A stretch of DNA of 47,445 nucleotides from a virus. The translations under genes were made by a program, and so were the position numbers. The notes under the pieces are model-generated. The model searched no databases. It saw only the letters and a list, made by a program, of their open reading frames with translations, and was not told the DNA's origin. Within the stretch, counting starts at the first letter, position 1. Every line of letters begins with the position of its first letter. Shown here piece after piece: positions 16,050 through 24,246 of the stretch. The DNA is taken from positions 1-47,445 of IMG/VR virus record IMGVR_UViG_3300033074_001474, one strand, 5' to 3'.

Positions 16050-18119
16050 TTAGTTTCCTTTGTCATACTCTTTACTGCCCTCTTTAATAAGACCTTTCAA
16101 TAAGTCAATCCGGTTAATACCTTCGGTGATTTTTGGTCTGGTAGTATTGTTTAATGATTGAATGGAGACATAATATTTCTTCACATTCCCATGATTTACT
16201 TCTTTGATTTTCTTTTTAGTCATCCAATCTCTAATAGAGCGCCTGTCTGAGTTCTTCAATTCATTTAAGCCGAGCTGGTCGGCGATCTCTTTAAGCGTAT
16301 AGCACTTATCTCCTGCTGTAACTCGCGCCTCGAAGCTCTCTAAGATATCACTACGGGATATGAATCTCTCGTTATATTGGTTAACAGTATCAATTTCAGC
16401 TTGATTAAACCAGGCTCTCTCCCCCTGCTCCATTAATACCTTAGCCTCTGCGAATACTTGTCCAATGTCTACAGTATGATTTGCATTTACTGATTCAACT
16501 AGCATAATTAAATAGCGGCGATTGCCCGTGGTGTCATATAGGAAGTCTCTTGAATTTACACTCGCGCAAAAGCTTGTAATAGCTGAGCCAATTACTTCGT
16601 GCCTTCCATAGGCGGGTCTTGCCCGAACTTCAGACTTAGTGATGAAATCTTTTATGGCTCCAACATCTTTTGACCAAGTGACAGTATCTAGTTCACTAAC
16701 AGACCAGATGAAATATTTTAATAAGTTTAGATGAGAGTCTTTATCATCTGTATTAATATGAGCTTCAATGAAGCCTTGTGGGTAGGGCTGAGCTAATCGC
16801 CGGAACCATCTAGTTTTTCCTGCCCCTTGCGCCCCTACAAACACCAACATATTATTTTCTGAACCTGGCTTATAGATTCTAGTAACTACTCCAATTAGCC
16901 ACTTACGCAAAAAGATTTCATAAAGTTTTAGGTCTTCTTGGGTCACTTCCTCTGGGAATGTGAGAGTACCAAGCAAGTCATTGAACCTTGATTTACCGTC
17001 CCATACCACAGCTTCTAGGCTTGATTTCAGTGGATCATATCCGTTTTCTCTCCCAATTTTATTGACGACATCATTTAATAAGTCCTTACTACATCCAAGT
17101 TTATAATCATTTGCTGCAATACTTATATCACTTAAATCCATGTCATTAATGTACTCGCCTTCAGTTTTTTCAATTAAGTTCATTCTGGTATTAAGCCGCA
17201 GCTGCATCTTCATTACATTTTGAATTAAGTACCTAGCATTTTTAGCAGAGTTTTTTTCAATGATTGTAACTAGATCACCATTCCTATCTTCTTTGTATTT
17301 AACATCAGGCCAAGGACTTCTTTTCTCCCCTGGTTCGCCCCTGTCATTAAGGTATACATCTTCTAATTGATCAATATCCGTTTGATCAAGTGCTCCCTCA
17401 GGACTTGCTTTAGCTAACTCTTCAGCAGCCTCAACGTGTGTGTAGCCTTGTGTTTTTAGGTCTATCGCAGCTGCAATAAAACTTTCGTGCCAGCCTCTGC
17501 CATCAGAAACTCTTGCAATAAAACTTAATGTTTTACTGTTTAACTTACCTTTTATTAAACTGTCCTTTTTAGGTCTCCCTACTTTCTTTTTAAAATCTAG
17601 TAATTCAATTTTGTACAGAGTCTCTTTTGATTCATCCTCTATTTGATTAAAAACAATCTCCTTACAAGGGAAAAAATATCTTGCAGCATCTTTTGCAGCT
17701 TCATCTGCTATTCCATTTAGTCCAAGCTTTTCTTTGTAATAATTCCAGTGTGCTGTGTATTGGGCCGCATCCGTGATGGGTTTATCTAGAGTGAAGATAA
17801 TTCTATATCTATCAGCAGGTGGGTTCTTACCCTTTTGAACCTGATGAGATTTAGTTGTTCCCAAGATTACTCTATAGTCCTTAAAAAGCTCCTTAGCTTC
17901 ATCAAGACGAAGCTGCTTTTGTTCTGGGTAATTGTCTATATCGTAGGCTAAAACCGAGGAACTCTCGAAATTTTTGATGCTTCTGGTGCCATTAAATAGA
18001 CTTGGGGACCAAGGATATTCCGTTATTTCGGGCCCGAGATCTCCTAGATGATCAGAAAAAATAGATTGGGCCGGGGTTTTAGCTGCAAGTTTACTTAAAA
18101 ATGTTATTTTAAAATTCAT
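16050..18119 (-). CDS. VirE-family primase/helicase (VirE_N-like plus P-loop NTPase)
   Basis: N-terminal AYDIDN...YRIIFTLD primase-like region. Walker A: VGAQGAGKTRW. Walker B-like: YLIMLVES. Confidence 0.8.
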   Translation of the reverse strand: MNFKITFLSKLAAKTPAQSIFSDHLGDLGPEITEYPWSPSLFNGTRSIKNFESSSVLAYDIDNYPEQKQLRLDEAKELFKDYRVILGTTKSHQVQKGKNPPADRYRIIFTLDKPITDAAQYTAHWNYYKEKLGLNGIADEAAKDAARYFFPCKEIVFNQIEDESKETLYKIELLDFKKKVGRPKKDSLIKGKLNSKTLSFIARVSDGRGWHESFIAAAIDLKTQGYTHVEAAEELAKASPEGALDQTDIDQLEDVYLNDRGEPGEKRSPWPDVKYKEDRNGDLVTIIEKNSAKNARYLIQNVMKMQLRLNTRMNLIEKTEGEYINDMDLSDISIAANDYKLGCSKDLLNDVVNKIGRENGYDPLKSSLEAVVWDGKSRFNDLLGTLTFPEEVTQEDLKLYEIFLRKWLIGVVTRIYKPGSENNMLVFVGAQGAGKTRWFRRLAQPYPQGFIEAHINTDDKDSHLNLLKYFIWSVSELDTVTWSKDVGAIKDFITKSEVRARPAYGRHEVIGSAITSFCASVNSRDFLYDTTGNRRYLIMLVESVNANHTVDIGQVFAEAKVLMEQGERAWFNQAEIDTVNQYNERFISRSDILESFEARVTAGDKCYTLKEIADQLGLNELKNSDRRSIRDWMTKKKIKEVNHGNVKKYYVSIQSLNNTTRPKITEGINRIDLLKGLIKEGSKEYDKGN

Positions 18120-18120
18120 T

Positions 18121-18543
18121 TTAATGACTCCCTTGTTTATTATAAGACTGCTAGGGTACCTCGGTAGGTTAATGGGTTTTAATAAAAAAGAAAAAATAAT
18201 CTACCTAGGTGAATTGTTCTTCTAAACCCTTCTAGGAGACTATCTCTAATACAATAGAGCTTATAATGGGAATATGGTGTTATGTTAGTGTTAATATATT
18301 ATATATATAGAGGGAATAGAAAAATAAATTAATTAAGAAGGATAAGATAAATAGATTAAATATATTTATAGGGCTATATAAGAAAAAGAAAATTGACCCA
18401 CAACTAACTTTATCATTAAAGTGCGCTAAAAGGACTACCCTAGGCTACCCTAGTGACCCCTTAAAAAGAATTGAAAGGATTTTTGTCAAATCAAAATAAA
18501 CAACGATAGGGATAAATATAACTAGGGCTTATAACAGAGAAAT
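18121..18543. promoter_or_regulatory. AT-rich ORF-free region with TACCCTAG repeats upstream of the primase/helicase gene (ori and/or promoter/operator candidate)
   Basis: CTACCCTAG occurs twice in tandem (18435-18443, 18445-18453). There is an inverted copy CTAGGGTA (18151-18158) and a related CTACCTAGG (18201-18209). These flank a very AT-rich core (18290-18400). On the '-' strand, TATAAT lies 26 nt upstream of the primase ATG. Confidence 0.35.
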
Positions 18544-18741
18544 CTATGTCTTAAGTATTGCTAAAACATGTTTTAATTGGATCTCATTGAACTTAAATAT
18601 GCCCTCAGAGGTTTCGGTGACAAAATTTGTCCCTTCAGGATAAGTCCTTAGGCTCCTATCTAATCTTTGACATAAGATTGAATCATATACAAAAACCTTA
18701 TAGGTCCCATTAGACAGTTTTATTACTTCATATTTTTCCAT
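18544..18741 (-). CDS. hypothetical protein, 65 aa
   Basis: ORF track. Confidence 0.5.
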   Translation of the reverse strand: MEKYEVIKLSNGTYKVFVYDSILCQRLDRSLRTYPEGTNFVTETSEGIFKFNEIQLKHVLAILKT

Positions 18742-18964
18742 TTTTACTCCTTTTTATTCCCCAAGGGTGGGTTGACTTGTCATAGCAGCTGCGTCTAGTC
18801 TGCAGCTTTGGCTCATAATCATCTAAGAAGTCTGCACCGAAGCCATTTTCTGGACTTAAGAGCCCTGCACCACAACATTCAGACATCACATCATCATCTT
18901 CGTTTTCTAATACAGCACTAGAATGTTCCTTGCACCTAGAGCACAAACCTTCAATTGTTTTCAT
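18728..18964 (-). CDS. hypothetical Cys-rich protein, 78 aa
   Basis: CSRCKEH...CCG cysteines. Confidence 0.55.
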   Translation of the reverse strand: MKTIEGLCSRCKEHSSAVLENEDDDVMSECCGAGLLSPENGFGADFLDDYEPKLQTRRSCYDKSTHPWGIKRSKNGKI

Positions 18965-18965
18965 T

Positions 18966-19241
18966 TTATTGATCCTTGCTTGAATGAAGCCGAAGCTTTT
19001 TCTTAAATCTCTGCTTGAATGAAGCCGAAGCTGCTGGTTGTTTTAATCTCTTGCATCTGTCAAAATTAGTCTCAACTTCTATTTCGCCATTGGATAGTCT
19101 AAAGACAAACTTGCCTTGGTCGAGTGTTGACAAGTAACCACAGAAACTACTAACATCAATTAGGGTATCGTCGAAACATCTTATGGCGCGTCTTTCAATA
19201 TCTTCAGTTTTAATTGTGGCTATCCATGTTTTATTTTTCAT
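18966..19241 (-). CDS. hypothetical protein, 91 aa
   Basis: ORF track. Its 3' end contains the 21-nt direct repeat. Confidence 0.55.
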   Translation of the reverse strand: MKNKTWIATIKTEDIERRAIRCFDDTLIDVSSFCGYLSTLDQGKFVFRLSNGEIEVETNFDRCKRLKQPAASASFKQRFKKKLRLHSSKDQ

Positions 19242-19242
19242 T

Positions 19243-19416
19243 TCATCCAGCCTTTCTTTGGTTTTCTTTGTCTAAAGCCTCAACCAAAGATGTTAATAAA
19301 CAATCTCGCTGCATCTTTAATTCAAAGGCTCTTAAGTAATCTGATTCCTCAATAGCATTTCGTAATTCAATTTCATTAGTACATAATTCTAATTTTAAAT
19401 CATTTATTGATAGCAT
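19243..19416 (-). CDS. 57-aa ORF (MLSINDLKLELCTNEIELRN...)
   Basis: AAGGAG lies 6 nt upstream of the ATG at 19416. The stop is 1 nt before the next ATG. Below the ORF-track cutoff. Confidence 0.45.
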   Translation of the reverse strand: MLSINDLKLELCTNEIELRNAIEESDYLRAFELKMQRDCLLTSLVEALDKENQRKAG

Positions 19417-19434
19417 AAACGCTCCTTTGTTTAG

Positions 19435-19629
19435 TTATATTAAAATTACTGTTACTTGATAACCTAATTGTTCTAAAGCTTTTATTGTTTTATCATTAAT
19501 TCTATTTGTTTTTATTGTAATCTTTTTCATATTAACCTCTTGTATATATGTAATTGCAATCGAAATGCCAGGATTTAAAGCAATAAGCTTCGCCATATTT
19601 GTCACATTGTATAAAAATTTCTCGCCCAA
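19435..19629 (-). CDS. hypothetical small protein (64 aa, or 31 aa from the ATG at 19530)
   Basis: ORF track. The internal ATG at 19530 has AAGAGG upstream. Confidence 0.35.
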   Translation of the reverse strand: MGEKFLYNVTNMAKLIALNPGISIAITYIQEVNMKKITIKTNRINDKTIKALEQLGYQVTVILI

Positions 19630-19850
19630 TCATGAGAATTGATATAAGCTGTTGAAAGCAGGGAATAAAAAGAAGTGTAAAACTTATAGGCAAATTGAAA
19701 AAGTTATACATATCAAATAGCTACACTATTTTATAATGCAAAATATTGATATTAAACTCAATCTCATGCATTTTATGTATATATGTAGAAAATATGTAAA
19801 TTGCTAAAGTTTGCAAAAAGCGACGCAAAAAGGTACTTTTTAAAAACATG

Positions 19851-19859
19851 TGTTATAAT
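19851..19859 (+). promoter_or_regulatory. extended -10 promoter candidate (TGtTATAAT)
   Basis: tgttataat in the divergent intergenic region. No good -35. Confidence 0.25.
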
Positions 19860-20290
19860 GCATTCAAGCTTAATAATAAGAGATATAATTAATCATTATA
19901 ATCTAGTTATTGGGCAAAAATTGTGAGAAAGTTGTATGTGTACAAAATATGTACATTTGATTTTTTGCGCGAATTGTATCTACATACAATCCACATCTAA
20001 TAAAATCAATAGGTTACAAATCCACACAAGCCAATCCAACCCATAATGCAACCTAAAAGACTCCAACTTAGCTAACCTAAACCTCTCTAGCGCAATATAT
20101 AAGGTATAATAAGGACTACATTGAATGTAATGGGGGATATAGACGAGCTTATTCCATGGCTTGCCCTTAAATTTGAGATGGGGCGCGTGCCAGCCACGAC
20201 TGCGACCAACCTTAAGCTTAGGGTAGTTAAAAGCGTAAGGGACAGCTATTAAACCCCACTTATGATATAATTAAACTCAGGAGGCGGGAT

Positions 20291-20806
20291 ATGAGAGTTT
20301 GTTATATATGCAAGATTGCAGGGGAGGAGGAAAGTTTCCCTCTGAGCCATGGGAAAAGGGAAAACAGGTGTAAGAAATGTAAGAGTAAGGCGAATAAGGA
20401 TTACTATAATAAACTGAAAACTGATCCTATAAGATTGGATAAATATAGAGAAGGGGCTAGAAAAGCTAAATATAAAAGTAATAGAACTATTGAAGGCCGT
20501 TATGGGAACCTTATTAAACAAGCTAAGAATAGAAATATAGAAGTTAAACTTACCTTAGAAGAGTATTCCTATATTATAAAGGATTTAAAATGCCATTACT
20601 GTAAGAAGGAATTACATGCCACTGGAAGTGGTTTAGATAGGAAAGATAATAATAGAGGATATGAGAAAAATAATGTAGTTGCTTGCTGCAAACACTGCAA
20701 TGAGAGAAAATCAAACTGGTTAACTTATGATGAGTACATAAAAATCATTGAGTTTTTAGAGATTAGTAGGGGAACAAGGAATATTAATTTAAAAAACAGG
20801 ACTTAA
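20291..20806 (+). CDS. HNH-like endonuclease (D-R variant), upstream of the packaging genes
   Basis: CHYCKKEL..GSGLDRKDNNRGYEKNNVVACCKHCNERKSN. AGGAGG RBS. Paralog of 43425..43778. Confidence 0.7.
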   Translation: MRVCYICKIAGEEESFPLSHGKRENRCKKCKSKANKDYYNKLKTDPIRLDKYREGARKAKYKSNRTIEGRYGNLIKQAKNRNIEVKLTLEEYSYIIKDLKCHYCKKELHATGSGLDRKDNNRGYEKNNVVACCKHCNERKSNWLTYDEYIKIIEFLEISRGTRNINLKNRT

Positions 20807-21032
20807 CTGCAGCTTCGGCTTAATTATAATTTACTTTACAGCAGTTAAGCTCAAGTATACTTTACATAAAAGACGCTGTATTCGATCTGAGCCCCCGCGC
20901 CTCCAGTAAGTTACATATCAAGTCACATACTGGTATGATTCCACGAAGTGGGATGTGAGCGGAGCGATATGCGAGCGTAGCGAGTATTAACCGATTTACT
21001 CACCAGAAGTGTCTTAGAGACAGGAGTACCAG

Positions 21033-21464
21033 ATGAAGAATAAGGCTAAGCCCAAGGGCAAGGACTTAAAAACCAATGAGATTGTATCATTCATTGAGGA
21101 AACCAACTCAATTCAAGACACCCGCGCTCGGAACATAGACGACCTAGTACTCCACGATGACCTAATGATGGGTGTCCTAGGAACCATAAAGAAGGACCTA
21201 GCAGCTGGACTAACCTCAGAGCAGATTCTAGAGAAATACTCATCATTAGCAGCCGCCCGCGTAGCATCCATAGCTGCAACCGAAGCTGACTCCTCTAAAG
21301 CCCTAGCTGCGGCTAAGGACATTCTGGATCGGGCCCAAGGCAGGGCAGTGGAGAGAAAGCAAATTCATCATAAGCTTGATAAAGTGGACGAAAAGCAACT
21401 TGATGCGATCTTATTAACTGAGCTTGAAGGATTAGAATTAGAGGAGGAAAAAGATGAAATATGA
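21033..21464 (+). CDS. small terminase subunit candidate
   Basis: First gene of the packaging block. AGGAG RBS. AAKDILDRAQGRAVERK resembles TerS C-terminal motifs. Acidic tail. Weak. Confidence 0.35.
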   Translation: MKNKAKPKGKDLKTNEIVSFIEETNSIQDTRARNIDDLVLHDDLMMGVLGTIKKDLAAGLTSEQILEKYSSLAAARVASIAATEADSSKALAAAKDILDRAQGRAVERKQIHHKLDKVDEKQLDAILLTELEGLELEEEKDEI

Positions 21465-21972
21465 AAAGGCTGACTTAATTTCTCGTTGTTTTGAGTTATT
21501 TTCAGAGTTAGACGGAATGAGTATCGAAAAAAGAGTAGATTATTTGAATAAAATAAGGAAAGACCTGGCAAAATACAGTCCATTTAAGACTGAACCCGTT
21601 GATTGTATTCAGTGGATACCTGCTGAAAATGTAAAAGCAAATGATTACAACCCGAATACTGTGGCCCCACCAGAGATGAAGCTTCTTGAACTCAGTATTC
21701 AAGAGGATGGTTATACGCAGCCAATAGTATCCTGGAAGAAAGAGGATAAATTTGAAGTTATTGATGGGTTTCATAGACATCGGGTGGGAAAAGAGTCAAG
21801 AGCTATCCAAAAGAGGGTAAAAGGATATCTACCATTAGTAGTAATTAATGAGAATAGAACAGATTTAAGTGATCGAATGGCGTCTACTATTAGACATAAT
21901 AGAGCTCGTGGAAAACATCAAGTAGACAGTATGTCAGATATTGTTGTGGAACTTAAGAGAAGGAATCCGTAG
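21454..21972 (+). CDS. IbrB-like ParB/Srx-domain protein, C-terminally truncated
   Basis: RVDYLNKIR...SPFKTEPVDCIQW...ANDYNPNTVAPPEMKLLELSIQEDGYTQPIV...VIDGFHRHRVGKE...MASTIRHNRARGKHQVDSMSDIVVELKRRN, then a stop. Confidence 0.75.
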   Translation: MKYEKADLISRCFELFSELDGMSIEKRVDYLNKIRKDLAKYSPFKTEPVDCIQWIPAENVKANDYNPNTVAPPEMKLLELSIQEDGYTQPIVSWKKEDKFEVIDGFHRHRVGKESRAIQKRVKGYLPLVVINENRTDLSDRMASTIRHNRARGKHQVDSMSDIVVELKRRNP

Positions 21973-22094
21973 ATCCGGACGCCAATAGGATTCAGCACTT
22001 CGAATCTAGGGTCGACAAATTGGTATATGAATTGTACGGTCTTAGCGAAGAGCAAATTGATCAAATTGAAGGGGCATTTAATGGCGAGAGGTAA
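21957..22094 (+). pseudogene. start-less remnant resembling the C-terminus of a type IIG / BREX-type N6-adenine methyltransferase
   Basis: The open frame reads ...VDPDANRIQHFESRVDKLVYELYGLSEEQIDQIEGAFNGER*. No ATG/GTG start. The stop overlaps the ATG of the next ORF (AATGGCGAGAGGTAA). Confidence 0.4.
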
Positions 22095-22326
22095 AAACGA
22101 GAAACAACGTGATGTTCTCGCGGAGCTTTTTGCGAACCGAGATAAGAATATTGAATCCGCCAAAAATTGGACAATTTGGGAGATCCAAGATCAGCTAAAA
22201 CGAGTGGAAGCTGCAAAAGAAAGTTTTTTACTTAAAGATCCCAATCACGATGTCTCAATAGTTAATGAGCATATTGAGCAACTCACTCAAGCATTGAAAA
22301 TTAAATCTGGCGATGTCTCTATATAG
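22081..22326 (+). CDS. hypothetical protein, 81 aa (MARGKNEKQRDVLAELF...)
   Basis: Internal ATG of ORF 22027..22326, coupled to the upstream remnant frame. GAAGGGG RBS. Confidence 0.5.
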   Translation: MARGKNEKQRDVLAELFANRDKNIESAKNWTIWEIQDQLKRVEAAKESFLLKDPNHDVSIVNEHIEQLTQALKIKSGDVSI

Positions 22327-22436
22327 ATTTCTTCAGATGTAGTATTATGTCGTAGGAACATTTCTAAGTAACCGGATTTACTGATGAGTCCGATTCAGAA
22401 AGTCTCCCTACCAAATGTCGTCCGGAGACGAGGGCG

Positions 22437-22736
22437 ATGGATTCTGATGAGGTTTTAAGACTATGTCAGGTATCGGGACTTACAGAATTGTTCAGTAACA
22501 GTAGAAAGCAAATGAATAAGGTTATTATGGAAGTCGAAGAAGAGTTAATCAAGGCTTGTGATAAGTTTCCAGGATTTCATTCCGAGCATGAAGGCTACGC
22601 TGTTATATTAGAAGAAGTAGATGAGCTTTGGGAGATGGTGAAACTTAAGCCAGAAAATAGAGATAAAGAACTAATGAAGAGAGAAGCTATACAGATAGCT
22701 GCAATGTCTTTGAGGTTTATTAAAGACCTATGTTAG
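22437..22736 (+). CDS. MazG-like all-alpha NTP pyrophosphohydrolase candidate carrying the displaced IbrB C-terminal segment at its N-terminus
   Basis: The first 20 aa, MDSDEVLRLCQVSGLTELFS, look like the missing IbrB tail. Then EVEEEL...(about 20 aa)...LEEVDEL fits an EXXE-N-EXXD arrangement. Alternative starts at M26/M31. Confidence 0.5.
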   Translation: MDSDEVLRLCQVSGLTELFSNSRKQMNKVIMEVEEELIKACDKFPGFHSEHEGYAVILEEVDELWEMVKLKPENRDKELMKREAIQIAAMSLRFIKDLC

Positions 22737-22746
22737 TATTAGTTGT

Positions 22747-24219
22747 ATGAAAAGAGTTGACCCACACAAACTTTCTCAATTATCAAAAGAAGAAAAGCTT
22801 AAGCTATACGATACGCTTCAAAAAAAGAAGCAGCTTGCCAAGGCCAGCCGCGACACATTTAAGCCCCATCCTGGACAATTGCCAGTTTTAAAATCTGAAA
22901 AGTATATTCGCTTAGTCACAGCAGGTAACGGATATGGGAAAACGGCGTTAGCTGTAAACCACGCCCTGTATGCAGTTAACGGTTACCAGCCCTACTGGAA
23001 AAAACATACTAAAGCACCAAGTGTAGGAATAGTTGTACTAGATAATCCACTAAAGGTAAAAGAAGTTTGGATAAAGGAATTAGATAAGTGGTGCAATCTA
23101 ACTGAAGTTGAGCAACTAAAAAATGGGAAGCCCTATGTTAATGAGCTAGTATTCAAAAATGGGAGCCGGATTATTTTCATGTTCCATGAGCAAGAAGATA
23201 TGATTTTTGAGTCAATGGAAATGGATTGGGTCATATATGATGAGCCCCCACCAAGAAATATATTCATAGCGCTATCCCGAGGTCAAAGGAATAAATCCTC
23301 AAAGCCTTGGCAATTAATAATTGGAACGCCGTTAGCAGCAGCTTGGCTTCGCCAAGAGGTTTTCGAGCCCTGGGAGCGCGGTGAAAGAGATGACGTCGAA
23401 TGTTTTCGTGGAAGTACAGAGCAAAATAAACAAAACCTATCTGATGGGTATATGGAGCAATTTTCAAGACTCCTAACTGAAGAAGAGAAAAAAATTCGAT
23501 TAGAGGGGCAGTGGTTTGATTTAGGAGGACTTGCATTAAAACACTTAATCAAGCCAGAGCTGCATTACGTCTCGCCCTACCCATGGCACCACGATGATCC
23601 AGTAATAATTGCAATCGACCCACATCCGTCTAAAGCCCACGTAGCGATAGCTTTAGGCAAGAATAAATATGGAAGGAAGTATGCAATTGGGGAGTTAGCA
23701 GCTAAGGCCACCGCCCGTGATTTCGCCTTAAAGTTGCACGAGTGGTCTAGAGGCTGGAAGGTAGCAGATATCGTAGTAGACTCATTAGGTTCAGCAGATA
23801 CTACCGGAGGAGAAGGCTTTGCTAGCTTCATTCAAGTCTTAAAGGATTGCGGAATTAAGTGCCGGGCCACTACGTTTGAAGAAAAGGATGATGAAAGCTG
23901 GATTGATCGTATAAGATCTGTTCTTGAGATTCCTCAAACACCAGATAATTTTGGACAAACCTTACCGGGGCTTCAGATATTCAGAAACTGTCCCAACTTG
24001 ATTAAGGACATAGAGAATGTGGCTTGGTTAAAATATAAGAATCTAGATATGAATAAGCCGAAGCTGGATATTAGCCATAAAGACTACTTGGCTTGTCTTA
24101 AGTATGCGCTAGCTGCGGACGCAAATCACTCATCCCACTTAAACAGGGAAGCTAAAACAATCAGATTAGCAGAAAATAAGGCGGTAAGCATAAGAAACCG
24201 CTATTTTAATAGAAGGTGA
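22747..24219 (+). CDS. terL: terminase large subunit
   Basis: Walker A-like: TAGNGYGKTAL. Walker B: WVIYDEPP. C-terminal RNase H-like nuclease: IIAIDPH...VVDSLG. Position immediately upstream of the portal. Confidence 0.85.
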   Translation: MKRVDPHKLSQLSKEEKLKLYDTLQKKKQLAKASRDTFKPHPGQLPVLKSEKYIRLVTAGNGYGKTALAVNHALYAVNGYQPYWKKHTKAPSVGIVVLDNPLKVKEVWIKELDKWCNLTEVEQLKNGKPYVNELVFKNGSRIIFMFHEQEDMIFESMEMDWVIYDEPPPRNIFIALSRGQRNKSSKPWQLIIGTPLAAAWLRQEVFEPWERGERDDVECFRGSTEQNKQNLSDGYMEQFSRLLTEEEKKIRLEGQWFDLGGLALKHLIKPELHYVSPYPWHHDDPVIIAIDPHPSKAHVAIALGKNKYGRKYAIGELAAKATARDFALKLHEWSRGWKVADIVVDSLGSADTTGGEGFASFIQVLKDCGIKCRATTFEEKDDESWIDRIRSVLEIPQTPDNFGQTLPGLQIFRNCPNLIKDIENVAWLKYKNLDMNKPKLDISHKDYLACLKYALAADANHSSHLNREAKTIRLAENKAVSIRNRYFNRR

Positions 24220-24246
24220 TATACTTCTAGTGTCGGGGGACTAAAG

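Noticed and set aside
21957-21972. Programmed -1 frameshift joining the IbrB-like frame to the methyltransferase-tail frame.
   Set aside because: The two frames overlap for only 16 nt and contain no X-XXY-YYZ-type slippery heptamer. The downstream sequence is unrelated to what IbrB-family proteins carry at this position.
22381-22433. Hammerhead-ribozyme-like string CTGATGAG...GAAAGTCTCC...GGAGAC.
   Set aside because: The sequence between CUGAUGA and GAAA (gtccgattca) cannot form stem II. The base following the stem III 3' strand is G, not the U needed to pair with A15.1. The core is therefore not satisfied.
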